Shown one piece after another: positions 12,873 through 25,863 of a stretch of 64,000 nucleotides of DNA. Source of the DNA: Phoronis australis. Taxonomy: Eukaryota; Animalia; Phoronida. The DNA is taken from assembly GCA_002633005.1 (NCBI GenBank), contig NMRA01000252.1, positions 403,646 through 467,645 of the forward strand. Direction: 5' to 3'. The notes under the pieces were generated by a model, which had not been told where the DNA came from, did not search any database, and was given only the letters and a program-made list of their open reading frames with translations. A program made the position numbers and the translations under genes. Positions within the stretch are counted from its first letter, which is position 1, and each line of letters begins with the position of its first letter.

Positions 12873-14587
12873 CATGTGGCAATTGACAACAATGTAAGAC
12901 GCAATAAAAATAAAAATAGCATTTTGGTAACAATTTTTGTTCCAAATTGACGACATCACCCAGTGTGAGTCGGCCTAAACCATTAAATTCGATTACTTTA
13001 TGACTAACTGTCAGACGGAAGCGTTCGATCCAACAAGAGATATCGAAGTAGTTTGTGATGCCTATATCAATACATATCTCTACCGGATACTTTTGTAGAA
13101 ACCTAAAGCGTGTGTAGACACGTTTTGGTGTGACGTTTGCATGGGTATTCAGTGGTGAACTTTCAGCCAAATGACAACAGCACAAAATACCAAATTAAAA
13201 GTGTGAAATTAAGAAAAGTACGCATAATACACAGAATTAAACAAGCGACTTTTATACTGGCCTTGTCGTGACAGCATTCATGTAGGTGTAAACATCTTCA
13301 GATGGATCAGAGGTAAAGCAGAGCTGCAATTGAAACGAAATGGTCACTTTCAAAAGAGTTGGCCAGTCAAAACCAGCGCGCAAGGCAGTACTCGGAATAT
13401 CAAAAGTTGCTATTCCAGTCCTTTGACGTGAACCTTTTTTGTGAAGGCGCTATTTATGCGCATAGGTCTTCCAAAAATAAAAAATATTGAGCGTTGAAGA
13501 AGTTTTCAGAAGCTGTATCCCCTACGTGCATACCCCATCCCCGGGAGTAATAGAACCCTAGGCGTTAAATCATTCGGTAACACAGCCCGCATTCATTACT
13601 TCACAAAGTGCCGGCGAAAAAGCTATGTCGCAGCAGATGGTAGGGCCTACTCCCAACTCGGTATTGGCTGCGAGCGAAGAGACAAATCATACTGGCCTCG
13701 AGTGTCGCGACCAGCCGAGAGGCACCTGCCGTTCTGGCGTCACAACAAAACAAAGGAAGCGCGACTGTTCGAGAAACACTAACCTGACAGGTCCATCAAC
13801 TCAGTCGGAAAATATGGATTGTGCAGCCATAGCCCAAGGGCTTTGGCGTCCGAATTCCACGGTAAATTTATCCGTTGTATCAAAATTGTATCGGACGCAA
13901 CAAAAGAACAACATCAACGGGTGTGAAATCAATGCGGGCATACGTCAGAATGCCGGCAGGGCATTCCCCTAAGGTGGACCAAGTTAGAGATAGGTGGAAT
14001 TTTTTACGTGACCGCCTTTATTCATTCATATTTCCATCTGCAGTACAACCCGAAACCACGTTTTTTCTTGCCGGAAGCAAAGTTCTCGCGTGCGTCACCT
14101 CCGGCATTTTTTTCAATGGTTACCGTTTTCGAACACTTTGTTACACACAGTGGCTTCCTTCAGTTAAATGCAAAACAGCGCGCGCCACCTTGCAGTCTTT
14201 GAGTCACATGCATATTACTTATCAATAATGTAGAATGGATTACAGAACAAACTGCTTGAAGGAAATCTTAAAAATTCATCTGTAACATTCATCAAAATGC
14301 AAACTTGGCTGCACTTACTTACTTCAGTCATCGAATATCAAAATTATGAAGCTGTTTGCGCGTTCGTTTCATCATCATAGCTTTTGTGTAAATTCAACAT
14401 TAGCATCGTTGAAACATAAAGTTACTGACTGGCCACTTTGAACGAATCGGCATGGGCGGCGCGCCATAGGACTGAGATGAGTCGGAGGGGGGGGGGGAGG
14501 GGGGAGTTAAGCCTCCACCTACCTCAGTGCTGGGCCGTGCATGACCGGAAAAGTGAACATCACACCTAGTGTAATCTGGGTGTACTA

Positions 14588-14733
14588 CAGGGGCGGGTCC
14601 ATGATTTTGAGTTGGGGCGCAAGGTAGAGTATTAGCCAGGAATTTGCCGGCAGTCATTCGCACCCCGCACTGCCAAATGGAATCTGGGTGAATTTTCGGG
14701 GACCGGGCCATGCCCCCTCTAAATCCGGCACTG
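14588..14733. mobile_element. MITE with CAGGGGCGG/CAGTGGCGG-type termini
   Basis: caggggcgggtcc ... aaatccggcactg imperfect terminal inverted repeats; the family recurs many times in the window. Confidence 0.65.
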
Positions 14734-16334
14734 GTATTTTTAATTTGAGGAACAGACACTTTGCAAATTATGGACTGAGATGGGCCAACGATATCGACTG
14801 ACTCATAGGAAGCATGGATGGAATATTAGAGTCACTATAAGGTTGCAAACGTGATGCGCGCACACAAGCCTTCAATATGGGGGGCTGGAATTCCTATGTT
14901 GTGGACCTTTTGCAAACAAAAGGGCGGGCGGACTAAGAAAAAACAAACAGGAACAACACTGTGAATTGCGCGTTTGCGCTAATTTAGTGGGCGTTAGTCC
15001 CACCATTTTCTGAGACCTTTTGTCTCTCTTGGGCGGACCTTTTTGCCCACTTCGCCAAATGGGGGGTGCTCGTTCTCCACCACGCTATTAGGAAATGCAG
15101 TGTTTCACATCTGAAAATCTAAGCAGGTCGCACACGTCAAACTGAAACATTACGGAACAACGCGGCGGTCAACGTTCTCCGTAGGCGTAGGGTAGTGTGT
15201 GACTTGGCACTCATTTCAACAGTAGTGTACAGTGATGCAAACAAATTACTGCGTTTGTTCAACTTTTTATTTTTCAAAGGTGGCACTGGACTTATTTACA
15301 ACTGAACATATCACAAAAATCATTTATTTTGTAGGCAATAACATTTAAATGCAAGTGTACGCAGACGTGTTTGAAACAATATGCAACAATATTTTACTCG
15401 ATACTAGTGATGTCAACGTCAACCAAGTCCAAAAAGTCTAACATGGCTCAAGGTAAATTTTTCCCAAGAAGTAGACAATCCGAGTGAAGTGTCTTGGTAA
15501 AGCCAGTCGCATTTTTATATGTCTTGATAGCCGAGTCTACGTTTTCCTATAATCAATACCCCGGCCCGCATTGTCTGTCTAAATTCGATGTCCTGAAGTT
15601 GGTACAACATTAAACCTCTGCACCACCAGAATTCTTGTAAAAGTGCACAGTATGAGAGTCCTACATCATGCATACAAATTAGTGGAGTAAACAAACGATT
15701 AGCGCGCGTTTTCCATTTACTTGGACCGGAGAGTTAGGCCTGTTGATGAAAAGTAATGTTTCAAGACGATATCGGCATTTAACGCTTTTGAAATGTCAAA
15801 GTTTTGCGCCAGGTGATAAGACTAAAACATCATAAAGTTTCATGACAAAACGAAAACAAAACCATCGGATAAAAAGCTTTTCTGTTAACGTAATCGGGAC
15901 TTCATCTGCTACATGAAAATGAAATCTGATCGTTGCTAACATTGTGGCTTTTCTTTTGTCGAATTACTATAACTAAAAAACCTGATCAAGAGACCCAATT
16001 AATAGCAGATTGCTATACGTGTATAGGCTTTCTTCTTTCAGAGAAAGCATGACATTACTGAGTCAATGTTTTGTGTATATCTGTCCATCAGATCCTACAT
16101 CAACTCGAGCAAAAAGCAGGGGAAGCAACTCCAAAACATGAGTTAACAAATGTTGAAATCATGTAATATTTGCTATTTATCAATGTTAGAATATCAAAGT
16201 AGACAGTGTTTCTCTCCCAAAGAACAATGGCATTTCTATTAACAACGTTCTTTTCTCATAAAAATACTTCCTTTCTCACGATTTGCTAAATAAACACTTT
16301 TGTCAGCCATTAGTTATATCACAATAACTGTAAG

Positions 16335-16438
16335 TAACTATTACTATTATTATTACTATTACGATTATGATAATAATTATCATTATTATTACTATTACTG
16401 TTGCTGCTGCTACAGCTATTGTTATTGTTATTATTATA
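16335..16438. repeat. (TAT/TAC)n microsatellite
   Basis: Direct reading. Confidence 0.85.
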
Positions 16439-16768
16439 TTCAAAAGTTTACAAACATCATTGACACTTTACAAACAAAACAAGACATTAACAAATAAACC
16501 CTAAAAACAATATAAACAATGAAAAATAAAAGTTATTAGTACTATGGTACTAAAGGTAAAGATATAAACATACAGGTACAAATAATTTTAATAATTAAGC
16601 ATTGCATAAATACAAAGCTAAACATACAAAAATAGTTCAGTTTCATAAAACTAAAGAATGTCTGAAAAGACAGATTATACACCAGCTAACTGTTGGTGCC
16701 CGTAAACAACAAAATCACTTCAACAAATAATTATTTGTAAAGTTTACTCCATGATGCTGTTTACACCA

Positions 16769-16976
16769 CAGTGTACATTTACACCAATGTATATTTACAC
16801 CAAAGTGTATATTTACACAACAGTGTATATTTACACCACAGTGTACATTTACACCAGTGTATATTTACACCACAGTGTATATTTACACCAAAGTGTATAT
16901 TTACACCACAGTTTATATTTACACCTGAGTGTGTATTTACGACACAGTGGTTACATCACACTGTATGTTTACACCA
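16769..16976. repeat. 17-18-bp minisatellite (tttacaccacagtgtata)
   Basis: About 11 imperfect units. Confidence 0.9.
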
Positions 16977-17534
16977 GTCTTGGTTGGATGCATGATTGAA
17001 AGTTTTGTTAGACAGCTTAATATACATGTATAGTTGCTGGTAGTCTCTATACAATTTACCATTGTCAGGCGTGCAGCTATGAACTATAACAACAAGCGTA
17101 ACTTCAACGGAATTTGGTTATTTTAGATGTATTAGGCTAACCAGATAGTCCCAGCGAAGCCTTAGTAAAATGAGAAAACAGGAGTTCAATCATGCTCGTC
17201 AAATGATAAGTGAAGCTGCCTTTTCATGCCACGAGATCGCAGCTCAAACAACAAAAGATGGTATTGAATGGGAGTCTGAATAGAACAACAAGATTGTGTT
17301 GGAGTCTTGTTCACAGCTGTTTCAATTAAAAGGTGATTCTCCAGGTGACGTAAATAAAAGTAAGGCAATACACCCAACATTTTGTTAGATTTGGTAATTT
17401 ATGGCACTAGTGGGCTCAGAGCAATGTTCTTAACAAACTGTAGGAACCAAATTTACACGTCAGGAGTTATCGTTGAACGTAGGTTTTAAAATAGTTGCTC
17501 TATTGTCTGTCAACAGTTGTTGTACAGTATTTCC

Positions 17535-17696
17535 TCAGTCCGTCAGCAGTTCTTGCAAACCATTCTTTACATCATCACTACTTTCCTCATCTTCTTGCTT
17601 GTTCGCCACAACAGTCAACAAGACATGAGCGGCCCCACATGCGACTACAGCGCCACCTGGTGTAAAACCACAGGCTTGTGATGTGTACAGCTCTCC
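17535..17696 (-). CDS. WDR38: WD repeat-containing protein 38-like, last exon (GELYTSQACGFTPGGAVVACGAAH...LLTD*)
   Basis: ttttaag| acceptor in phase 0, TGA at 17535-17537. Resembles the WDR38 C-terminal repeat (G..AHTCAFTPDG...SGAAD) as I recall it. Confidence 0.85.
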   Translation of the reverse strand, partial: GELYTSQACGFTPGGAVVACGAAHVLLTVVANKQEDEESSDDVKNGLQELLTD

Positions 17697-19149
17697 CTTA
17701 AAACAAACAGATGACATGTTAGGTATCCAGGAAACAAACAATCACAATTATTCAAAGTAAAAACATAGGAATGTGCCAACATTCAGAAAATTACGATAAA
17801 ACTGAAAAATGCCAATATGTCCTGCAGCATCTCATGCACATGTTTTTTATAAAGTTTGGTCGAAATGTTCACAAACATATACGAGATACACACAGAAGGG
17901 CATTTCCCTACGTGGATACCTGAGACAGGACAAAAATTCAAGTTCATAAAATACGATCAAATCCCAAAAAAGGAGTCCAGCACCATGTGCTACTGGACTA
18001 TAAATGTTTGAAAGTTGGGTCTTGAAGAATCACCCCGAAATGTTGGAGTTGTGCACAGGCGAGGACACTTGTATACATTGGGTGTGATTGAAATCCGTGA
18101 AACCACCATTCAGGAAAATAGAAACGATATAATATCATTGATATACAATGTCAATTATTGTTTTAAGGGGTGTTAGAAATCTTTGTGAAGTGTAAGATGA
18201 GGTGAGTGTGGACGAGTACTGCACACACCTGCACCAGGTGACACAGGTGGACCGGTGCATACCACTACTGGGTACCCTGGCAGGGCATTACTGTTCATAA
18301 ATCCACTACATCACGGGACCACTATTACTATATCCCTTGGACAGTGGACCGATAGTCTTACATCTCCCACGAACAGGGGACCATTAACTACTGTATCCTA
18401 TAGGTCAGGGGGTGATCATTACTACAGCCCCAGGGCAGGGGATCACCACCCAAGGATGTCACAACTGGCTGTGATAGTAGTAATGATCGACTTACATTCA
18501 TTAAGTTGACCTACTAGTACTTTCTGTCATAGACCAACATGAAGACAAATGTCTCTTTTATCTTCATTAATTTCATGAAATGTCACGCACTCCTGAGTTG
18601 AGATAGGTTTGAAACCAATGATACAATGGCAATCAAAGATGTCCGCCTGAATTGTGAATTTGATGACATCAACACTGCATCAAGAACCACTGACAGCTAG
18701 TTATTAAGACATCTTAGAGAATAAATCTGTTACCAGCATTACTATGTGTGCACAGTACACAGGCAAGGTTGGTAGAGAACTGTTACTGGCATTACTATGT
18801 CTGCACAGTACTCAGGCAAGGCTGCAAGACCAACAGTCATCTCAAAAGATATTTATATGAATTCATAACAACCATTTCAGTGAATTCACACGATACGATA
18901 TGATATGATGTCAATTATGGTTGATATCAATTCATATCAACAGTTGATATTATTTGCAAGGTTTATCATGTATTGCGACTTCCTATTACTGAAGATACAC
19001 AAATATCCAAACCAGTTTTGATCCATAAATTACAGCCACATATCATGATACAAATGCCTTTCAACCAAAACAGAAAATTATGTGTGTCATTATCATTAGA
19101 TATTTATACAATTTGGCTAGACATCAGAATCATATTTGTGTTACTGAAG

Positions 19150-19512
19150 CACAACACACAAAGATATCTTCAATCAATCCATTCACCTCTAGTATTTTCA
19201 TGCATCATCCCTGCACAACACACAAAGATATCTTCAATCAATCCATTCACCTCTAGTATTTTCATGCATCATCCCTGCACAACACACAAAGGTATCTTCT
19301 ATCAATCCATTCACCTCTAGTATTTTCATGCATGGTCCCTGCACAACATCCCATACACAACACACAAAGATATCTTCTTTCAATCCATTCACCTCTAGTA
19401 TTTTCATGCATGATCCCTGCACAACATCCCATACACAACACACAAAGATATCTTCTATCAATCCATTCACCTCTAGTATTTTCATGCATGATCCCTGCAC
19501 AACATCCCATAC
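19150..19512. repeat. Tandem repeat (78, 78, 64, 64-bp spacing) copying the WDR38 exon end and its 5' splice site
   Basis: The CTAGAG|gtgaatggattga donor appears with exon ends at 19471, 19393, 19315, 19251 and 19187. Confidence 0.9.
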
Positions 19513-19668
19513 ACGGACTGTGTCGTCATCGGCAACGCTCAGCAGATAGTAGCTATCAGGGGAGAACACTACTGCTTGCACCCAACCATCATGCCCAGTC
19601 AACAGGTGGAGCAGTTTGCCATTGCGTGGATTCCACAGTCTTATGGTCCTATCCCAAGAGCACGATGC
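19471..19668 (-). CDS. WDR38: WDR38-like exon (ASCSWDRTIRLWNPRNGKLLHLLTGHDGWVQAVVFSPD...MKILE)
   Basis: caag| ... GAG|gtgaat, 198 nt, phase 0-0, canonical GH...WD repeats. Confidence 0.9.
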
Positions 19669-20135
19669 CTTGAATGGAATACATAACTATTTTAACAATA
19701 GTGACTTGACTCTGCTTGTCAAATAAAATGAAACACAAGAAATACTGAACTACATCAACATTCAGTGATTCGGTTGTCAAATTCTAATGAAGTAACTGCT
19801 ATGCTAACCGCTTAGCCGCTATAGTGAAGAAAATCTACTGGCCAATTTCTCTTAAAATGCATCAAACTTAAAAATTCGCAGACAGCTAGCATTTACTCCT
19901 CATTTTCAAAAACAGTCATGTTGGCCACTTGCCTTACTTACAGTCTGTTTTATGACGTGTAGATATACGACCACAATTATCTCATCTTGCAAACTCATCC
20001 AAGCTCAAGAATAGTGACTAGCTCACTTCAATCCTGTGACGGCGCCATCGAGCTTTTGATGTGCTGAGGCATTTACAGGTGTACCCTGTGGTGTACAGAG
20101 GGCCACTTGCATGTAAAATCCTGTTACCGTAAGAT

Positions 20136-20705
20136 TTGCTTTATGCCAAAACTTTTCTTAGAAAGCAAATTCCTATAAAAGCTGCAACATGTGTATTGTG
20201 CTCTTTTTCTGGAAAACTTGCCCAGTGTAGTGATGTTTATCAGTTTGTATGCCCTATGAATGAATGTCTTCATTCAAATGTCAAACAATGTTACATTGGT
20301 CAAACAGTTTGCAATCTTTCTTGTCGGTTATCTATGCATCTTCAAAATGGCGCCAGTTAAGATAATTTTCTGCAATGAGGAACATAAAATCACCCATCAA
20401 GAAATCGTGGAAAACACGCTATTGAAAGTTGTGGAGTCTCTTTTGATTGCATTTGAGAAGCCTGTTTTGAATGAGCAGCAAACAGGGTCGCGCCGCACGT
20501 TGCACTTTTTTGCGTGACATTCCTGTTACCCCCCTTCATTTGTCATTATTTGCAGTATTTCACGCCTGCCCTGTCCCACTGTGTGTGTCATCAGCTTATG
20601 CTCTGTGGTAGTATTACTGCACGAATCGGAATAAAGACTGTCAATAAAGAAAAGTATCGGGTGTTTAATCTATTCTGCATATCGGAAAACTTGCTCCTGA
20701 AGTAA
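20136..20705 (+). mobile_element. Penelope-like element 3' fragment (degenerate GIY-YIG endonuclease plus 3' tail)
   Basis: VYQFVCP..C...CYIGQT...LSCRLSMHLQNG and, after a frameshift, LKVVESLLIAFEKPVLNEQQTGSRRTLHFF*: the typical PLE GIY-YIG C-terminus. Lies in a WDR38 intron. Confidence 0.8.
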
Positions 20706-20952
20706 TATATCAGCGTATTGTGTGACTAAGCTAGAGTATTACTGCAGGTTCTGATTAATGAATATGAAACGAGAAGTAAAAGCAGTCAGCCATATTGGCG
20801 ACCGTTGGATGGATATACTGATGGACAATAACTTAGAGATCAGCAGATGAGCACAGTTGCATTGTGGGTAAATAAGGTAGAATAGTACCCGCCCTTAATA
20901 CATCAGTGTCAGTTTCTGTATTTCAGAATCAGATACTTCACCATCTATGTGG

Positions 20953-21200
20953 CATGCGCGCACCCAGGGAGGGACTCGGGGGGCTCGAATGAGCGCCCCC
21001 ATTTGACGAAGTGGGCAAGAAGGTCCGCCCCTGAGAGAGAAAAAGTCCAAGAAAATGGGACTAAATGATCGCAAACGCGCACTTCACAGTGGTGCTCCCT
21101 TTTTCCTTTTTCTTTTAATCTGACCTCTCTTTTGTTAGCCGAAAGGTCCACAACGTCAGGAATTCGAGCCCCCCCATATTGAAGGCTGGGTGCGCGGATG
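20953..21200. mobile_element. MITE with CATGCGCGCACCCAG termini
   Basis: 15-bp TIRs at 20953-20967 and 21186-21200 (1 mismatch); flanks tctatgtgg/cctgtgtgg may be a decayed 9-bp TSD. Related copies at about 12340-12560 and 60555-60700. Confidence 0.75.
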
Positions 21201-21460
21201 CCTGTGTGGTGTTCAATGGCTCAAATTGAGAGTATGAGAAACAATGTCTAATGACTCAATTAGGTATGAGTGTTCACATAAACCTGTTGACTTGAATTGA
21301 TCCTATGAAGTATCAGGGTAGATATAAATATTTTTCTTCCCTCAAAATTGTTGTTAAGCAACACCCTCCCAAGACATTCATCTAGTAGTGTGCAGTGTTA
21401 TACATGTAGTTCTGTTTTATGTCCATAGAATGCACTGCTAGAACAATACTCAAGTCTCAC

Positions 21461-21676
21461 CAGCATGCCTTGTTTAGAGAAGGCCACACCATGTATATTG
21501 CCCGTGTGCCCATGCAATACCAAGACTTTGTCCATGGAGCCTTCTTGTGGTTGCAGTGTCCAGAGTCGAACAGTGTAGTCCCACGAACCAGATGCCAACC
21601 AGTGACCTCTATGGGAGAACGTCACACACTGGACGAGACTCTGGTGGCCAATGAACAGTTTCAGCAAATGCCCCTT
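21461..21676 (-). CDS. WDR38: WDR38-like exon (KGHLLKLFIGHQSLVQCVTFS...SGSWDYTVRLW...GHTGNIHGVAFSKQGML)
   Basis: tgtag| ... CTG|gtgaga, 216 nt, phase 0-0. Confidence 0.9.
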
Positions 21677-22825
21677 CTACAAGGAGACAAACACACGAGG
21701 TCAGTCACTTCTAGTATTCACAAAAACTCTACAATATCAACACATCATACCATGCAAGAAACAAAATACTTATCCAAGATCAACAACCCCATGAAATCCT
21801 CATAAAAGTAAAGCTCTCCAGGCAATCTGACTGCATCATATCAGAATAAAGTCCCCACTACACGATCTGATTATCATACCAAACTAAACTGCTCTCTACG
21901 AGATCTAACCTTCATATCAGACTAAAGCCTACTCTACACTGTCTACAGTAAAGCCCTCCCTACACGATGTAGGCAACTCCTTCAATTCAATGTTTTAGAT
22001 ATGACGTCAGTCCTGTGTCATCTGACAACCTCACCAGTCACTTGATTATGTACTGAACACGTAAGGTTTTTGCATATGCAAGGAACAACAATTGTAAACA
22101 CGTCAAGTGAAAATAAAACTTAAAACATCACAAAAATATAAATAATCACAAAAATAGTCATCACATTCATGATGCCCAGTTAAGAACAAACACTCAAACA
22201 AAATGTGATCTCCACAAATATCAAACAATGTCATCTCAGGATGAATTAAATGACCACAAGAGGGCACCTCAACCCATACTTACTGTGCTATCTCTAATAA
22301 GAGATGGAGGTGTTTAGAAAATTCACTAAAATAGAAACACATTTTTTCACAATCGTACACAAAAAAGTTGACATGTCATGCACAATCAGTGCTTGCTTTT
22401 TTCGTTTGCTTCTAGTTAAATTCTTGGTTACAGCACAAAAGGCCAAACACCAAACTTGGCAAAGACAAGGTGAATATGAATACTCTACTGCAAAAGTAAG
22501 TTGGCATTCCTTCTGTAAACACCACATGTACAGGGGAGACAATCGTTTGATTTGAAGAATGTTAAAAATGGAAAACACCAAAAAGTGGGAAACAAGAACT
22601 GGCAAAGACTTAAAAAATGGCGTTAGGTTTTATACTGAGAAAAACGTTCCATGTATTGCTATCTCATAAAATTATCTTTAAGTAACATGGTTGGGTTAGT
22701 CAATTTAGAAAAAAACCTTCACTAATACATCAGCTTACAGGACAAAATCATTGACATAACCGTCATCTTTTTCATTCATAAAGACTTCACTGTAACCTTA
22801 AAACTGCGGTTATAAAGAAACTTAC

Positions 22826-22923
22826 CTCAACATCCCATAATATGGCCGTCCTATCCCATGATCCCGAGCACAGTTGTGTCGAGTCTGGTGAGAAGCACAG
22901 ACACTCCACGCTTTTTGTGTGAC
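22826..22923 (-). CDS. WDR38: WDR38-like exon ((G)[32 protein letters not shown])
   Basis: tttaag| ... GAG|gtaagt, 98 nt, phase 1-0; too short for the ORF track. Confidence 0.9.
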
Positions 22924-23770
22924 CTTAAAATAGCAGACGAGTCAAAATTTATTTTTTCATCGTTATTATTACGTACCATTATCCTGGAGTGTAAAAATCA
23001 AGAATTTCCACCGTCATGACCTAATCTAGAATCACGCTGGGTTAAATTTGTCAAGCACTCCTTTTGTGTTGGTACAAAATTCTGTGGTTATGTTGGTCAG
23101 GGCTTAGTCACACAAAGGAATCAACAAGTGAAAGTTAATAGAGATTTCTCTGAAAGTCAATCATTTTTCTCCATTCGAAGTTTTTGGGTGAAAGTGCTTT
23201 CTTCACGACATTTGTTGAAAGTCATTTGCAAATAGTATTTTTAAATATCGGTTAGCATCACGTGTGCTGTTAACAACATAATTGCTGGATTACGTGAGCT
23301 GATGAGATGAAAGCAGACGATACAAGAGCTGGACGAAGTAAACATTACTTTGCCACTGTCACATTGGTAACGAAGTGACCTTGACCTTGACAGACCAATC
23401 AGGCCACCCGTTTACTCGTTCCACAGCCCAGGCACGCAACGCAATAAATCTCAGTCACTCAGTAAGTAAAATAATTTACCGTAAATAAAATACTAGTCTT
23501 ATTCAATCATGTAAACCATTTAACATGAATTCCGTTCTTCTGAAAGTCCCTGGGATGCATTCCCTATAGCGCTCTAGCAAAGACATAGAAACATCAAATT
23601 TAATCCTACAATTTAACATTCCAATTTTCTCTACCAACAACTTTAGCAACATCAGTCAAAGAAACCGTAACCACACATCTGCTCAGCTCTACATTATATC
23701 TTAAACAACAAAATTCACAAAAATACAAAGAAAAATAGTGATCAAAACCAAATCAAGCCAAACAACCCAC

Positions 23771-23887
23771 CATTCAGTACGTGAGTTGTCTCCCCCGTTC
23801 TTGTCTGCCATATTCTGACAGTTTTGTCATAAGATCCACTGGCAAAGTATTTAGTGTTTGCAGACACAGCAACACTCTTTACTGCTC
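23771..23887 (-). CDS. WDR38: WDR38-like exon ((G)AVKSVAVSANTKYFASGSYDKTVRIWQTRTGETTHVLN(G))
   Basis: ttgtag| ... G|gtgggt, 117 nt, phase 1-1. Confidence 0.9.
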
Positions 23888-24250
23888 CTACAATGGAAAA
23901 ACAAATCATGGAAGGACAGAATGAAATAAAATGGATGTTCAGACATTTAAGACATGCAAAGTGGCTTTGTCAATGTTTTCAAAGATAGACTTTATTTTAT
24001 TTACCAGCTCCTTATGTCCATTAAAAACTTAAACATGCGAGGCGAGTGACAACTAATACATCTGACTTAAGAATACTAAGTAGAGTTAACACAGGCCTGC
24101 ACCAGTGGGCGATACCACACTTTCAAATTGTCATAATTTCCCAAAATCTTTTGAGCTAAACAAAAGCGAATACAGGAACAAGAAGTCATGCTACTGGACA
24201 TAAGTTAGAGCACCATGAACAGCAGATGACTGTGGTGCTATGACTTCACT

Positions 24251-24617
24251 GGTGGGACTGTCACAACAGTAACTATTGTGGGTGTGGTCTGACTGTGTAT
24301 GAAGGACACTAGTGGGACTGTCACAACAGTAACTATTGAGGGTGTGGCCTGACTGTGTATGAAGGACACTAGTGGGACTGTCACAACAGTAACTATTGAG
24401 GGTGTGGCCTGACTGTGTATGAAGGACACTAGTGGGACTGTCACAACAGTAACTATTGAGGGTGTGGCCTGACTGTGTATGAAGGACACTAGTGGGACTG
24501 TCACAACAGTAACTATTGAGGGTGTGGCCTGACTGTGTATGAAGGACACTAGTGGGACTGTCACAACAGTAACTATTGAGGGTGTGGCCTGACTGTGTAT
24601 GAAGGACACTAGTGGGA
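24251..24617. repeat. 60-bp minisatellite, at least 6 near-identical units running into the gap
   Basis: Identical consecutive 60-nt sequence lines. Confidence 0.95.
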
Positions 24618-25376
24618 NNNNNNNNNNNNNNNNNNNNNNNNNNNNNNNNNNNNNNNNNNNNNNNNNNNNNNNNNNNNNNNNNNNNNNNNNNNNNNNNNNN
24701 NNNNNNNNNNNNNNNNNNNNNNNNNNNNNNNNNNNNNNNNNNNNNNNNNNNNNNNNNNNNNNNNNNNNNNNNNNNNNNNNNNNNNNNNNNNNNNNNNNNN
24801 NNNNNNNNNNNNNNNNNNNNNNNNNNNNNNNNNNNNNNNNNNNNNNNNNNNNNNNNNNNNNNNNNNNNNNNNNNNNNNNNNNNNNNNNNNNNNNNNNNNN
24901 NNNNNNNNNNNNNNNNNNNNNNNNNNNNNNNNNNNNNNNNNNNNNNNNNNNNNNNNNNNNNNNNNNNNNNNNNNNNNNNNNNNNNNNNNNNNNNNNNNNN
25001 NNNNNNNNNNNNNNNNNNNNNNNNNNNNNNNNNNNNNNNNNNNNNNNNNNNNNNNNNNNNNNNNNNNNNNNNNNNNNNNNNNNNNNNNNNNNNNNNNNNN
25101 NNNNNNNNNNNNNNNNNNNNNNNNNNNNNNNNNNNNNNNNNNNNNNNNNNNNNNNNNNNNNNNNNNNNNNNNNNNNNNNNNNNNNNNNNNNNNNNNNNNN
25201 NNNNNNNNNNNNNNNNNNNNNNNNNNNNNNNNNNNNNNNNNNNNNNNNNNNNNNNNNNNNNNNNNNNNNNNNNNNNNNNNNNNNNNNNNNNNNNNNNNNN
25301 NNNNNNNNNNNNNNNNNNNNNNNNNNNNNNNNNNNNNNNNNNNNNNNNNNNNNNNNNNNNNNNNNNNNNNNNNNNN
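24618..25376. other. Assembly gap, probably hiding WDR38 exon 2
   Basis: N run. Exon 1 ends in phase 0, the next visible exon starts in phase 1, and most of one WD repeat is missing. Confidence 0.8.
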
Positions 25377-25800
25377 CAAATGCACGGCTGGTTCCCGGCA
25401 GCACGTACGCGAAGGGCGGGAACTTCAGCTTTCAAAGTTCGCCGGTAGGTCCGCAACTTCTGACCTTCGGCCTGGTTAAAAAATGAAAAAGTTGATTTCA
25501 CGATTTTGGGAACTGAAATAGGGACTGCTCGAAGAAAAAGTTTGATAATGGGAGTATTTGTTCGAGTTGGAAGGAATTAAACACATCGACAACCTCCTCA
25601 GTTGTTCCTCTATGCGCAAAAGGTATTTATAACAACGTGACTTTGATGGTTTAGTCGGTGCGAGGCATAATTCGCCGAAAAGCTTCCGGCGTACAGAGCG
25701 CCTATAGCCTCTGCATCGCCTCTGGTTCGGGCCAACAGAGGCGATGTTCATTGGCTATATCCGAGGGCGAGATGCTAAGTCAAGTGTTGCCTATGCTAAC

Positions 25801-25863
25801 CTCATCTTTGTGTCCTTCGAATTTCTTCAGGTCAACGTGACCAAATGTTTCAGCAGAATTCAT
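25801..25863 (-). CDS. WDR38: WDR38-like first coding exon (MNSAETFGHVDLKKFEGHKDE)
   Basis: ATG at 25863, GAG|gttagc donor. Resembles the vertebrate WDR38 N-terminus (MNS...KFFGQHGGEV) from recall. Confidence 0.8.

Noticed and set aside
24251-24617. Regular arrays (also 36583-36836, 12776-12872, 61892-62000) as CRISPR candidates
   Set aside because: No unique spacers, no cas genes, eukaryotic context; these are minisatellites.
24191-25501. Long ORFs crossing N runs (also 42331-43348 and 54207-54648)
   Set aside because: Artefacts of assembly gaps.
25786-25800. RFX X-box-like gttgcctatgctaac at WDR38
   Set aside because: Imperfect match overlapping the splice donor; insufficient evidence.
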